This document shows positions 11,201 to 20,537 of a DNA stretch of 64,000 nucleotides, piece by piece (positions within the stretch are counted from its first letter, which is position 1; each line of letters starts with the position of its first letter). The DNA lies in the NCBI GenBank assembly GCA_035400585.1, contig DAOMZR010000002.1, positions 145,121 to 209,120 on the forward strand, in the 5' to 3' direction. The notes below the pieces were generated by a model, which was not told the origin of the DNA, did not search any database, and saw only the letters and a program-made list of their open reading frames with translations. A program made the translations under genes and the position numbers. Source of the stretch: a bacterium. Its GTDB lineage: Bacteria; Patescibacteriota; Patescibacteriia; Patescibacteriales; UBA12465.

Positions 11201-12980
11201 TATTGTTAAATAAAGCGCTTCCAGTAAATTCAACTAATTTATCGACGTCAGGTTTTATTTCCCAAGTATTTACGCAATTATTTGATAAGTCTAATTGACA
11301 AACTATTAATGTTTGTAATTTACTCTTGTCGTTTATAGAGATTGGAAAAGAGAAGTCCTGACCAGAACTAAGATTACTGCTGTAGTTTGAACTAACCTGA
11401 ACTGAAGGATTTTGATTAGCTATATATATCGGAAAATTTTTGATTGTTTCATATCCAGAAGAATTCTTAACTGAAACTCCAATAATATATCTTTTGTTTT
11501 TTTCCTGAACAGTAGGAGAGTCTATTGGTTGAGAATCACCGGCAATAGTAGATTTTAATAAAATTGTTTCATCAGAATTAGTTAATTCACGAGCTGGATA
11601 TTTGTTTGGCGTCCAACTGGACCAGTTCGATTCAGAGCAATCGGTTATAATTGTATTATCTGGGTAAAGCGGTTTTCCTGGTATGCAACCAGAAACAACC
11701 CAACTAAGTGCTTGATCTCTTGGATCTTTAGCTTTTATATATCCCTCGAAAGAAGTCCCACTATGACCAGTCATTAAGGCTTCTTCGAAATAGGGGTTAT
11801 TATATTGTGGTAATTCATCATCCACTGGAATGTATGGAGGATTAAAGTCATCAGTGTTTTCACCAGATGGCAAGGTAAAAGATTCACCCCAATATTCTGA
11901 TGATTCCATTGGAGAATAAATACTAGCCGATAAGCCCTTCGGATCACTTACATAAGAAAAAACTGAACTGTATTCTGGTAAAACAAAATTAGTATAATTA
12001 ACTGGCTTTTCAGTACTTAAAAACACCGCCTTGTCATTTTCCCAACAAGTTAGAAGATCAAAATTTGAATTTTCATCATAGCAAGAACTTATTCTATTAA
12101 TAGAGTCGGTAACACCGGAAACGCTAATTTGGTTTAAAAATGTTTGCTGCCAACTTGGCCAAGAAGAAATAGCCACATAAGGAACATAGGTTCCGGACGA
12201 TAAAATAGGGTAGTGACCATTTAAGTTTTTATAAGCTTCTAATTTTGTTTTGATTATTTTTAATTTTTCCAATCTTTCCACATCTCTAATCAGCATTGAT
12301 TTTGGACTATCACAAAAAAGATTGTTTGGACAATCAGAATCTAATAAACAAGCCGGGGTATTGACTGGTTCTTTATTATAGTCATCTTCTTTTATTATAC
12401 ATCTGTTTTTTTGGTATATTTTCCCAACAACATTTACTTCCGAAGAGTCATTTAACAGGTGAGCTGAATCCTGCCCAACATAACCGCCACAAATATAACC
12501 ACTGGGACAATCTGTTTCTGACTTACAAATTTTACTAGAAATACTACAATGACCAATTTTATCTTTTAAGTTAGTATTCAATTTCCAATTTTTCAAAATT
12601 TTTCCAAAAATATCGATGGTATTATCATCAGCTTCTTGGTTATAAGAAATTAAATAAATATTAAAATAGATTTTATTATTTTCTAAATCAATATTAGCGG
12701 CTGAAATATATACAGTTCTGCCATCTCGAATTGCCTTATAGCCATCAACTATTAAAGACTGCGGGGATCCAGTAAACCCTTGCATTTTATACCATTGTTG
12801 AATGTTATAATTTTCCGGGTTTGGAATGACACGAATAGCAATAGCATCTGGGTCGTTTTCACCCAAAGAAGAAACACTGTCCTCTGAACTTGGTGCGGCC
12901 AAAACAAAAAGAGGAAGTATTAAAAAAAATAATAATACAAAAAAGCTTTTAAAAAAATTTACTCTCATTTTTTTAAACAT
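8235..12980 (-). CDS. Giant secreted surface protein (1581 aa) with FN3/Ig-like domains and four or more C-terminal Listeria-Bacteroides (Flg_new) repeats
   Basis: It has an N-terminal signal peptide (FFVLLFFLILPLFVLAAPSS). Modules ending in LYAKWT recur four times (GYNFVGWNTKTDGTGSNY..LYAKWT, GYSFGGYYNQTGG..LYAKWT, GYSFAGWATSSTG..LYAKWT, ..LYAKWV), which matches the Flg_new/List_Bact repeat pattern. Confidence 0.7.
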   Translation of the reverse strand: MFKKMRVNFFKSFFVLLFFLILPLFVLAAPSSEDSVSSLGENDPDAIAIRVIPNPENYNIQQWYKMQGFTGSPQSLIVDGYKAIRDGRTVYISAANIDLENNKIYFNIYLISYNQEADDNTIDIFGKILKNWKLNTNLKDKIGHCSISSKICKSETDCPSGYICGGYVGQDSAHLLNDSSEVNVVGKIYQKNRCIIKEDDYNKEPVNTPACLLDSDCPNNLFCDSPKSMLIRDVERLEKLKIIKTKLEAYKNLNGHYPILSSGTYVPYVAISSWPSWQQTFLNQISVSGVTDSINRISSCYDENSNFDLLTCWENDKAVFLSTEKPVNYTNFVLPEYSSVFSYVSDPKGLSASIYSPMESSEYWGESFTLPSGENTDDFNPPYIPVDDELPQYNNPYFEEALMTGHSGTSFEGYIKAKDPRDQALSWVVSGCIPGKPLYPDNTIITDCSESNWSSWTPNKYPARELTNSDETILLKSTIAGDSQPIDSPTVQEKNKRYIIGVSVKNSSGYETIKNFPIYIANQNPSVQVSSNYSSNLSSGQDFSFPISINDKSKLQTLIVCQLDLSNNCVNTWEIKPDVDKLVEFTGSALFNNKLVMVLSILDANKESYSLVIKNKYSINTPNVFNSSHVGTHRFKITAKDPHQAQTSVNFNITFTADVPSIVFNNCSNSVALNNNYSCEISSSKPGEYITVDIIEKPSFLTFSAANKTLSGVANSLGAKTIKAKITNSFGMSSEGTHNFSVFTKPEVETVSHSDVTSNSFKCNGRIISAGGNYVGGRGCVTSPASSNLSIANVSSCASNNGCSYEASISDNSSYIHTLSDLTRNYLYYYRAYAVNQAGISYGATKSFKTRADYPVVTVNQQTLASGNINFSGYLSDNGGGDLVSGSAILAMGFVWSTSASSLETYIGACSLNVNNCILANSPYAIGTFSKGVSVSKFTPGVTYYFKSFAMNRDSYGDRVGVSSDTKTFVLPVAPSISTTNVSNITSSSATSGGTISNPSNVSISECGLIYWSNDSSHFVSETKVVSSSCSGSFSLTMSNLFPGIEYSVKSYITSSFGTVYGSTFPFTTKTTSSVSYNGNGQTGGTAPATQTGDTGTNVTIAGQGGLVKTGYNFVGWNTKTDGTGSNYLPNAVIQIPSTGLILYAKWTPFISTVNLDSQGGTSGTGSVVATYGSAMPTAISPVRSGYSFGGYYNQTGGLGSQYYTNSMSSARTWDMTTSPVTLYAKWTPITYSVIFDKNDASATGTMASQSIISGASANLTLNQFVKPGYSFAGWATSSTGSVIYSNGASYTMGTASVTLYAKWTANTYTISFNADGGSVLPSSKIVTYNSAIGTLPTPTKSGSMFSDWFTGINGTGTRYTSSTIYNQTSNITLYAKWVSAVTLPTVTIAPTSSITTGSAVSGGNVTSDGGATVTERGVVYSKTSTLPTTSTGTKIVSGSGTGAFTSNITGLTPGSMYYVRAYAINSAGTAYSSLVANFTTLSMPRTLTVFINGYEYGSNVSVQENGSYKGNCTDFMCEYTVNNGSTINLEASAYSPTVFENWTGPCFGSQPYCSFTISSDTHVYADFGCYDSGGSYMCFQ

Positions 12981-12987
12981 AAATTTA

Positions 12988-15900
12988 TTAAGATATTTTT
13001 ATTAAAGAAAAGTCATCAATATAAAAATCACTACCGAGAGCAACCGTATCGGCATAACTTAGAGTTATAGCAAATTCCATCATTTTAGTATAATCACTTC
13101 TTAGCCATAAAGACATTTTGTCATTATATTCAAAAGTTTGAAAATAAGTTTGCCAGTCAACATAGTTGCCAGCCAATATATTTTTAGAAACAACGCCGGT
13201 ATAGCATTTAGTTTGAGCTGGTGATTGAACACAACAATAATTAGCTTGTTCTGAGCAAGGATATCCTCTTCCGCTAGCACAAGGATTTTGTCCCTCAAGA
13301 GGTGTCGGACTGAGCGCTCCATTTAACCAGACAAATGGCGATCTCAGGGCTGTTGGAGAAGACATGGCCATACACTGGCTAGACCAGCCAGAAGAGGGGG
13401 AAATATTAACAGTTATTTCTCCAACAGAATTACCTTTATAGTTAAACTTAACTGCGTATTTTTCGTTTTGTTTAAAATTCAAAGACAAAAGATTATATTT
13501 TAAACTAGCCCAAACAACTCTATTGGTATTCATCCAACAAAAACTCTCTCCTTCTTGATATATGGCTGGGGCTGTTTTTTTACAATCATCAGCATTGCTA
13601 AATCTGCAAGTTTTGTTTACATTGTCCCAAGTGCAACCAGACATGCTACTACAAAGAGCCTGGCCACATTTGCCAGGATAAACGTGTCCCGATTCTTGTT
13701 TAATCAGAACGCTTTTGTTTCCGGAGTTACTAGTCAAATTGCTAACCCCAATTGAAGAATATGTTTTCAGGGATTTTGACCATCCCGGTGGCAAACCGCT
13801 AATATCAACCGATTCAAAATCAATATTGTCAAATATATACTTAAACAAACTCACCGTTGGATCATTAAAATAAACAAAAACCTCTGATGATTTTTCACTT
13901 TCTTCTCCAGCTGGATTGATGGAACTTATAACAAAATAGAAAGTATCGTTTTGAGTTCCGGCCAAGCTGATAGTCACCTCAGTTGAATTATTTTGTGTTA
14001 AAATAGAATTACCATAAACACCAGAAACAGCACCCCTATAAACTTTATATTTAGAAACTTCACTGGCAGGAGCAGTCCAAGAAACTTTTATTAAACGATC
14101 TTCGTGAGAAAGTATTTCAACTTTTGGACTGGTTGGTTTATCGGAAATATTTGAACTAGTCGGGGTAACAGAAACAGTAGAAGAAAAACCAGTTTCAGCT
14201 AAATTTTCACTTAAAGCGGTTATTTTTATTTCATAAGAAATATAATTGGTAAGGTTGCTCAAAGTATAACTACATTTATATTTGTTATCTTCAATAGTGC
14301 AAACATTTGCTGGATCTACAACTTCTTCTTTATAAACACTCTCTTCGTTTGTTTTATAGTAAATTTTATACTTATCAACTAAAGAAGTTTCTGACTCCCA
14401 GATAATTTCAACCTCCCCTCCGTCTCCCGTGTCGTTAGATGAGATAGAATTAACAAATCTAGGAATTCTTTCTTTAAAGAAATAAGCTTCCTTCAAAAAG
14501 TTAGATATACAAAGTCCGCCCGCAGGGCAATCACCATCATTAGAACAAATTCTGCTAGGCAAATTACTACAAGTTCTTATTGGGCTTTCTCCTTTAATAA
14601 TTGCTAAGTTACTTAAAAACGCTGGAAGATCATCACTGGTTGTGTCTTCTCCAGAATCACGACAGTAGTAAAATTCATAATTATAATAACCAAAGGAACT
14701 GTCGGAATCTCTCCAAGGAGACCAAGTTCCATCATTTTTAACTGGCGGCCAAGGATTTTTACAAACAAAAACGTAAGCCATAACATTGCCAGCTGTGTTG
14801 TTGCCATCTAAAATAGTATTGGTATCGTCCATTTTTACTTTAGCAGCTATTGTAGTTTGAGCATCGCTAACATTTTCTTGAACAGCTATTAATCTTTTAT
14901 CACCATTTGTCGACCAAGAAACAACTTCGTCCTTAAATCCCAAAACGTCTTGAGATCCAATTATCCAATCCCAAGTCCAAGAATAGCCTAAGACTGGTTT
15001 TAAAATCTGATTATCTTTTGAAAGAGCATAAGAATAATATGCTTTATCATAATCTTTCTCAGAATCAAAAGTACTGCTATTTGAATCGTTGTCATTCTCT
15101 TTTATACTGTTTGTATTTTCAGGAAATAAATACGAATCTGGTGAAATCAAAACTTTATCAACGCTACATATTCCCCCTTGATCGGCTGGAGTATTCATAG
15201 TCGTAAATGAGAAAACGTGAGAGTTGACAAAATTTAAATTATTAAATCTTAAACGATTATCATCTCCCTCAACCCAGCTGGTATCGGAAATTTTATACCC
15301 ACGTCCGTTCATTCCAACTCCTTGATAGTTAAGTATACCGCTGGTACTGTCAAGCGCGGAATCACCTTTTACAACCACAAAATATTTTGCGCTTTCTTTT
15401 AATAAAGATTTTGGCTGAAAAATAGCCACCGTTGTTCCATCCGGATTATTTCTAAAATCAGTTGTGCCTAAAACAGAACAATAAATCTTGTCGCTAGAGG
15501 TTATATCCCCTACAACTCCAGCCAAGACATCAATTTTAAATACTCTGCTCAAATAATATAAAGGTTTTTTTATTAAATTTTTTAATTTTTCAAAAATAGT
15601 TAAATCGTTTTTGTAGCTTATAAAATATGTACCAGAAGAACAAACTGAGGAGTTTTCTTCTAATAAAAGAATGTTGTCTACAAAAGACATGTTATCCATT
15701 TTTTGATCAAAAGTAATAGAGATTGCTGCATTATGGCAAACTCCTTGTTGTTCGTTTGTCGGAGATGTTTCCGTAATGTTCGGCCTAGCCTGACAACAAG
15801 TATCAAAACCACAACCAACATTTTCTGGGTCTAAACCAGCGCTTGTACAGTCGGTGTCAGAACCACAACCACAACACAAACCTCTTTCTTGTCCAGAGCA

Positions 15901-18900
15901 ACTACCTTTGTCTCTATAACAAGAAAGTTTTTCGTTTATAGCTGAACACTGATCTGTGGCTGCATCAGGATCACAGCAACAAAAACCACAATCAGGGGCA
16001 GCACCCAATAAACCTGTATCAGTTAAACAATCTAATCTATTGCAAACATCGGAACAAACAGTTGTGGTGGTTGAGATATTATTAGCACAACTTTCGCCAA
16101 AACCAGCCGAAGAATCTTTACACGAACTGGTGCATATATCTAATTTCAGATATTTGCCGGTTGTGTTTGGATAATTAATGGCACAAAGATTATTGGTTGT
16201 ACTACAATCATATCTTTTACAATAGCCAACACTGCCACTAGTTTCGCCCACTTCAAACCTATCGCCAGAAGAACAAACAGAATATTTAGCATCCCAACAA
16301 CAACTATTATTAGAGACACACTCTGTAGCTGATGTTAGTTGTTTACAATTTTCATTACAAGATTTATCACAAGATTCTTTTGTTTTATAATCGCCAACAA
16401 CAGAAATGTTGTTGGAGCAAACTGTTGGATCCGAAGAGTCACAACTATAATAAGGACAATAGCCAATACTCGGAGAGCTACTTCCCCAAACAGAACTATC
16501 ACTAGCACCACCACGACAAACTCCCTCTACCTGATCCCAACAACAAGTCGTGTTATGTGCTTTACAAGAATCTTCACCTAAAGATGTACAATCCAAACAA
16601 GCACCAGTTGGATATTGTGTATTAACTTCACAATATTTTCCACTAGTACCAACACAATTACAAGCAAGATCATTTACCTGTGGTTGATTTTCGTCTATAT
16701 TACAACCACTGCATACGCCAAAATTTGTATTTTCAGTTCCAGGATTAGCACTAATTCCACAAGAATAAGAACAAACCAAAGGAGAGCAACAGGCAGGATT
16801 TCCGGTGCTAGTATTTTTATCTATTTCACAACAACATTGACAGGCGGGTTTGTCCGCCTTGATACATTTGTCATTAATACAGTTAGATCCACTAGGACAT
16901 AGCTTAGGAGAGGAACAAGTTCCGTCAGTAGAACAAACTGAATCACCAGAACAGATAGAACAAGTTGACGGTGATTCAATAGAAGCTACATCAATACATT
17001 TTCCACTAGAAATCATCGTCCATTGAACTCCATCAATTTTTGGACATAATGTATTTACAGATATTTCATAAAAGCTTTTTTCGCCAACCCCTTCTAGAGA
17101 ATATTTTTTACAAACAGCAATTTTGTTTTCCACACCAACGCCTTCTCCTAAATCATAGGAAACTGTTTTTGAACATGTCTGACCAGTAACAACACATTTA
17201 TCCGATTCCGCTAAATACTGGCAACTTTGACCATTGGTGCCACAATAAGAAAAAGAGGAGCAGTCTTGTTTGCAAACACCGACCTCAATTAAATTTTCTC
17301 CATTATATGAAGAACAAAGACCAGGGGAGTTTGGACAAACATAGCCCGTTGGACAAAAATTATAACTAGCACAACTAAAAATGTTGTCGTCTTCTTCTAT
17401 GTCAGTTGAATCAAAGCCAGTGTCAAATCCCCATTCAAAAACAGAGCTTTCTGGAGAACCGCTCAAACAATCATTAACATTAACGACACAAGCCCCTGGG
17501 TTAGTGGTTTGAGAACCACAACAAATTTCTCCGCTTAAACAATCTGAATTACTGGAACAAGATTTAACATTAAAATTTAAGCCATTACCAAGTAGCCCTC
17601 CTCGAGAAATTTTAACCGGACCAGTAATAGAATCTAAGGCCACTAGAGACTCTGATTTATCAGCTCCATCCTCAGAAACAACATTCAAATTGTTACTTGT
17701 TTTATTAAAATTAAAAATCGCTTTTGTGTCTTTTCCGCTTTCCTTAAAATATTCTCCCCAAAAAGAAACTTTTGTTGTGCCAGCTGGTCCGGAGTAAGGA
17801 CTAATTTTGCACAAACTTGGAAGAAGTGGGTAAGTGGAACTAGCCACAAAAGAATCTGTTGAAAGGATATCTTCCCATGTTCCTATTTTAAGTTTCAATT
17901 TATAATCAGAATTATTATAATCAATATTTTCTGGAACTTTTACTATTATTTGATCATCTTTCCAAACGGAATGCAAACAAACTAAAGGAAAATCAAAGCT
18001 AGCATTTATATCGCTACCATTATAAAAATAAACTTGACTATCACCTCTGCTGGCCCCAAACCCTGAACCATAAATACTAACATACTGACCGGACTTGCCA
18101 ATACTTGGCTCAAAAAAAGATATAGATGGTGCTTTTGGTGGTTCTGGTAATTTTTTAAAATCGATAAAATTACTTGGAACACTTGATGTTAGTTTTTTAG
18201 CAAAAGTACTAGTGTCTCCAGTTTTTAAATTTGGGGCAATTATTGTACCCGAAAGATCATTATTAAAAACATTAGGAGTAAAGCCAGAAACATTATTAGA
18301 ATAATTACCAAAATAAGCTTTACTATCATTAAGATTAACTCCATAATATAAAACTGAATCATTGGCCTTGGCTTCGGCTGGATTTATTCTACATAGCCCG
18401 GGGCGACTGATCGAATTTATTTTTATTGGAACAACCTGAGGACCATTTTCATCATCGCTACGATCTCTTTTTCCAGAAGCAGTAACAACCTCAACTGCAA
18501 CATTATCTGAAGGATTAAACCCGGTTGGAACCGCTACTATTATTTGAGTATTAGACCAAGTGTTTCCACAATAAGAATTAACCGAAGAAGGCATTATTCC
18601 GGCAACAAGAGAGTTGTTTGCTTGATTAATAAAATTAACACCAGAAAGAATTTCATTGTATTCGTCAAAATTATAGCCTTTAATTGTTACAAAATTTCCA
18701 GTGGCAGCATTAGGTGTTGTTATGTCACAAATACCGCTGGAACAATCATCATCTTGAGCACAAACTTTATTAATGTCATCTTGGCAAAAACCACCCAAAG
18801 GATTTATTCCTGTTACAACTGGACTGCCAGCACAAACACAAGACTCGCAAGTTAATCCATGACTTGGATTACAAATGCCTTCGCTTTGACAAGCTCCTGT

Positions 18901-19719
18901 TAATCCATCACCACAAGGTTCTCCTAATTCAGAAAAATTTTCTTCTTCTTCGCTAGGAGATTCGCAGGTGCAAGTATTAGCATTACAAACTAAATTTGGG
19001 TTTGAACAAGTTGGCTCAGCCTCATTATCACAAACACCGTTTGTTGTTTGACCGCAAGGATCACCAACCCCTTCTTGTACACATTTACATTCGTTATTAC
19101 AAAAAAGATTAGAATTACAAAGAGTGTTATCAGGAAGACAAGAATTTCCCAAACCAGAACTACACCACGAACCCTCACTTCCGGGTAAACAACTAGATCC
19201 AACACAAACTCCCCATTTATTATCAGAACAAGTTGAAATTCCTCCACAACCACAAGATTTGATGGAACCACTTTCACAATAAGTACTGCTGTTTATTCCC
19301 GTTGCATCACCTAACTGATTAAAAATTAAAGTTGTTATTCCCCAGGCAGACAAAATAATAGCCAAACCTATGGCACCCGATTTTAATATTCCCTTGGCTT
19401 TCGTTATTTTTTCTTCATTACCCTCCGACCTCATCCAAACAAAACCGCCGTAGATAACTATAGCTACGGCAATTATTCCTAAAATACTAAGAGAAACATT
19501 TATTATTTGTGAGGCTATTGTTCTGGGATCTCTGTCTGATAGATTTAATTCATTACCAACAAAACCTTGACCAAAATTATCTCCTTCTGAAGCCAAAACA
19601 TTAAAACTAAAAACACCAAAAAAAAGAAATAATAAAAGCAGAAAAAACGAAATTTTTCTTGAAATTTTTTTTCTATCAAACATAAAAAAATAAGACAATA
19701 TTTCTAAGATCTCTAGCAA
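12988..19719 (-). CDS. Giant cysteine-rich cell-surface protein (2243 aa) with an N-terminal membrane anchor, EGF-like Cys-rich arrays and FN3 domains
   Basis: It is a continuous 6.7-kb ORF. The N-terminus has TM helices (FFLLLLFLFFGVFSF; ILGIIAVAIVIYGGFVW; GAIGLAIILSAWGITTLIF), followed by long C-x-C-rich tracts (..CNCVGTSGKYCE..CLDCTSLGEDSC..) and C-terminal FN3-like modules (KYKIYYKTNEES.., KVSWTAPASEVSKYKVY). Confidence 0.7.
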   Translation of the reverse strand: MLEILEILSYFFMFDRKKISRKISFFLLLLFLFFGVFSFNVLASEGDNFGQGFVGNELNLSDRDPRTIASQIINVSLSILGIIAVAIVIYGGFVWMRSEGNEEKITKAKGILKSGAIGLAIILSAWGITTLIFNQLGDATGINSSTYCESGSIKSCGCGGISTCSDNKWGVCVGSSCLPGSEGSWCSSGLGNSCLPDNTLCNSNLFCNNECKCVQEGVGDPCGQTTNGVCDNEAEPTCSNPNLVCNANTCTCESPSEEEENFSELGEPCGDGLTGACQSEGICNPSHGLTCESCVCAGSPVVTGINPLGGFCQDDINKVCAQDDDCSSGICDITTPNAATGNFVTIKGYNFDEYNEILSGVNFINQANNSLVAGIMPSSVNSYCGNTWSNTQIIVAVPTGFNPSDNVAVEVVTASGKRDRSDDENGPQVVPIKINSISRPGLCRINPAEAKANDSVLYYGVNLNDSKAYFGNYSNNVSGFTPNVFNNDLSGTIIAPNLKTGDTSTFAKKLTSSVPSNFIDFKKLPEPPKAPSISFFEPSIGKSGQYVSIYGSGFGASRGDSQVYFYNGSDINASFDFPLVCLHSVWKDDQIIVKVPENIDYNNSDYKLKLKIGTWEDILSTDSFVASSTYPLLPSLCKISPYSGPAGTTKVSFWGEYFKESGKDTKAIFNFNKTSNNLNVVSEDGADKSESLVALDSITGPVKISRGGLLGNGLNFNVKSCSSNSDCLSGEICCGSQTTNPGACVVNVNDCLSGSPESSVFEWGFDTGFDSTDIEEDDNIFSCASYNFCPTGYVCPNSPGLCSSYNGENLIEVGVCKQDCSSFSYCGTNGQSCQYLAESDKCVVTGQTCSKTVSYDLGEGVGVENKIAVCKKYSLEGVGEKSFYEISVNTLCPKIDGVQWTMISSGKCIDVASIESPSTCSICSGDSVCSTDGTCSSPKLCPSGSNCINDKCIKADKPACQCCCEIDKNTSTGNPACCSPLVCSYSCGISANPGTENTNFGVCSGCNIDENQPQVNDLACNCVGTSGKYCEVNTQYPTGACLDCTSLGEDSCKAHNTTCCWDQVEGVCRGGASDSSVWGSSSPSIGYCPYYSCDSSDPTVCSNNISVVGDYKTKESCDKSCNENCKQLTSATECVSNNSCCWDAKYSVCSSGDRFEVGETSGSVGYCKRYDCSTTNNLCAINYPNTTGKYLKLDICTSSCKDSSAGFGESCANNISTTTTVCSDVCNRLDCLTDTGLLGAAPDCGFCCCDPDAATDQCSAINEKLSCYRDKGSCSGQERGLCCGCGSDTDCTSAGLDPENVGCGFDTCCQARPNITETSPTNEQQGVCHNAAISITFDQKMDNMSFVDNILLLEENSSVCSSGTYFISYKNDLTIFEKLKNLIKKPLYYLSRVFKIDVLAGVVGDITSSDKIYCSVLGTTDFRNNPDGTTVAIFQPKSLLKESAKYFVVVKGDSALDSTSGILNYQGVGMNGRGYKISDTSWVEGDDNRLRFNNLNFVNSHVFSFTTMNTPADQGGICSVDKVLISPDSYLFPENTNSIKENDNDSNSSTFDSEKDYDKAYYSYALSKDNQILKPVLGYSWTWDWIIGSQDVLGFKDEVVSWSTNGDKRLIAVQENVSDAQTTIAAKVKMDDTNTILDGNNTAGNVMAYVFVCKNPWPPVKNDGTWSPWRDSDSSFGYYNYEFYYCRDSGEDTTSDDLPAFLSNLAIIKGESPIRTCSNLPSRICSNDGDCPAGGLCISNFLKEAYFFKERIPRFVNSISSNDTGDGGEVEIIWESETSLVDKYKIYYKTNEESVYKEEVVDPANVCTIEDNKYKCSYTLSNLTNYISYEIKITALSENLAETGFSSTVSVTPTSSNISDKPTSPKVEILSHEDRLIKVSWTAPASEVSKYKVYRGAVSGVYGNSILTQNNSTEVTISLAGTQNDTFYFVISSINPAGEESEKSSEVFVYFNDPTVSLFKYIFDNIDFESVDISGLPPGWSKSLKTYSSIGVSNLTSNSGNKSVLIKQESGHVYPGKCGQALCSSMSGCTWDNVNKTCRFSNADDCKKTAPAIYQEGESFCWMNTNRVVWASLKYNLLSLNFKQNEKYAVKFNYKGNSVGEITVNISPSSGWSSQCMAMSSPTALRSPFVWLNGALSPTPLEGQNPCASGRGYPCSEQANYCCVQSPAQTKCYTGVVSKNILAGNYVDWQTYFQTFEYNDKMSLWLRSDYTKMMEFAITLSYADTVALGSDFYIDDFSLIKIS

Positions 19720-19787
19720 TCAAATTTTAACACAATTACAGCAATAAGTAAACAAATTAATTCATTAATTTTTCTTTTTAAAAAATG

Positions 19788-20534
19788 TTAAAAAATGAAC
19801 TTGTCAGCCAAGCTTCTGGCGACCTCTAATTCTTCAGGACTATTAACCCCAACAGCCTCTTCTGGTTCAACCTGAGAAAAACCAATAACAATTTTTTGAT
19901 TAAAAGCTATTTTAATTAAGTCGGTTAAATAATATTCGCTTTGATTATTATTGTTTTTAAGATTAATAATATTCTCAAACAACCATTTTTTATTAAAGCA
20001 AAAAAGGGCAGGATTAACATCTTTTATTTCTTTTATAGAATCTCCGGCATCTTTAAATTCGATTATTTCCTTAATTTCATTGCCGTTTTTAATGATTCTT
20101 CCCCAATAATAAAAATTTTTTCTCCAATCTTCAAAATCATTAACATTAACCGTCATCATTGAAACCTCAGATTTATGATTTTCAATTAATCTGTTTATAG
20201 AACTTTCTTTGTAAAAAGGATGATCGCCGTAAAGAACTATGATGTTTTCAACATTATCTTCTATTAATTCCTTAGCACTTAAAACAGCATGCCCCGTTCC
20301 TAGTTGTTCGGTTTGAATGGCATATTGTATGTCATAATTGTTTAAAGATTCAGATATTAATTTATGATTGTCTGGTGAAACAACCACTATTGGGGGAAGG
20401 TCTACCTTTGATTTTATAACTGAATTTATTAAATATTCTATCATTGGTCTGCCATTAATCGGCGATAAAACCTTTGGAATGTCAGAGTTCATTCTCTTGC
20501 CTTTACCGGCAGCTAAAATAATAACTTTATTCAT
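19788..20534 (-). CDS. Sugar-1-phosphate nucleotidyltransferase, stand-alone GlmU N-terminal-domain-like (UDP-GlcNAc pyrophosphorylase-like)
   Basis: The 248-aa ORF has VIILAAGKGKRMNSDIPKVL, QTEQLGTGHAV and VLYGDHPF, nearly colinear with the GlmU N-domain. It has no LbH acetyltransferase domain. Confidence 0.7.
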   Translation of the reverse strand: MNKVIILAAGKGKRMNSDIPKVLSPINGRPMIEYLINSVIKSKVDLPPIVVVSPDNHKLISESLNNYDIQYAIQTEQLGTGHAVLSAKELIEDNVENIIVLYGDHPFYKESSINRLIENHKSEVSMMTVNVNDFEDWRKNFYYWGRIIKNGNEIKEIIEFKDAGDSIKEIKDVNPALFCFNKKWLFENIINLKNNNNQSEYYLTDLIKIAFNQKIVIGFSQVEPEEAVGVNSPEELEVARSLADKFIF

Positions 20535-20537
20535 ATT

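Noticed and set aside
16339-16902. Short plus-strand ORFs (80-103 aa) inside the giant gene, and many similar 60-100-aa ORFs antisense to secD, the PBP, the ATPase and others
   Set aside because: They are embedded antisense in long, well-supported genes, have odd composition (T/R/I-rich), and have no independent signals. They are treated as six-frame noise.
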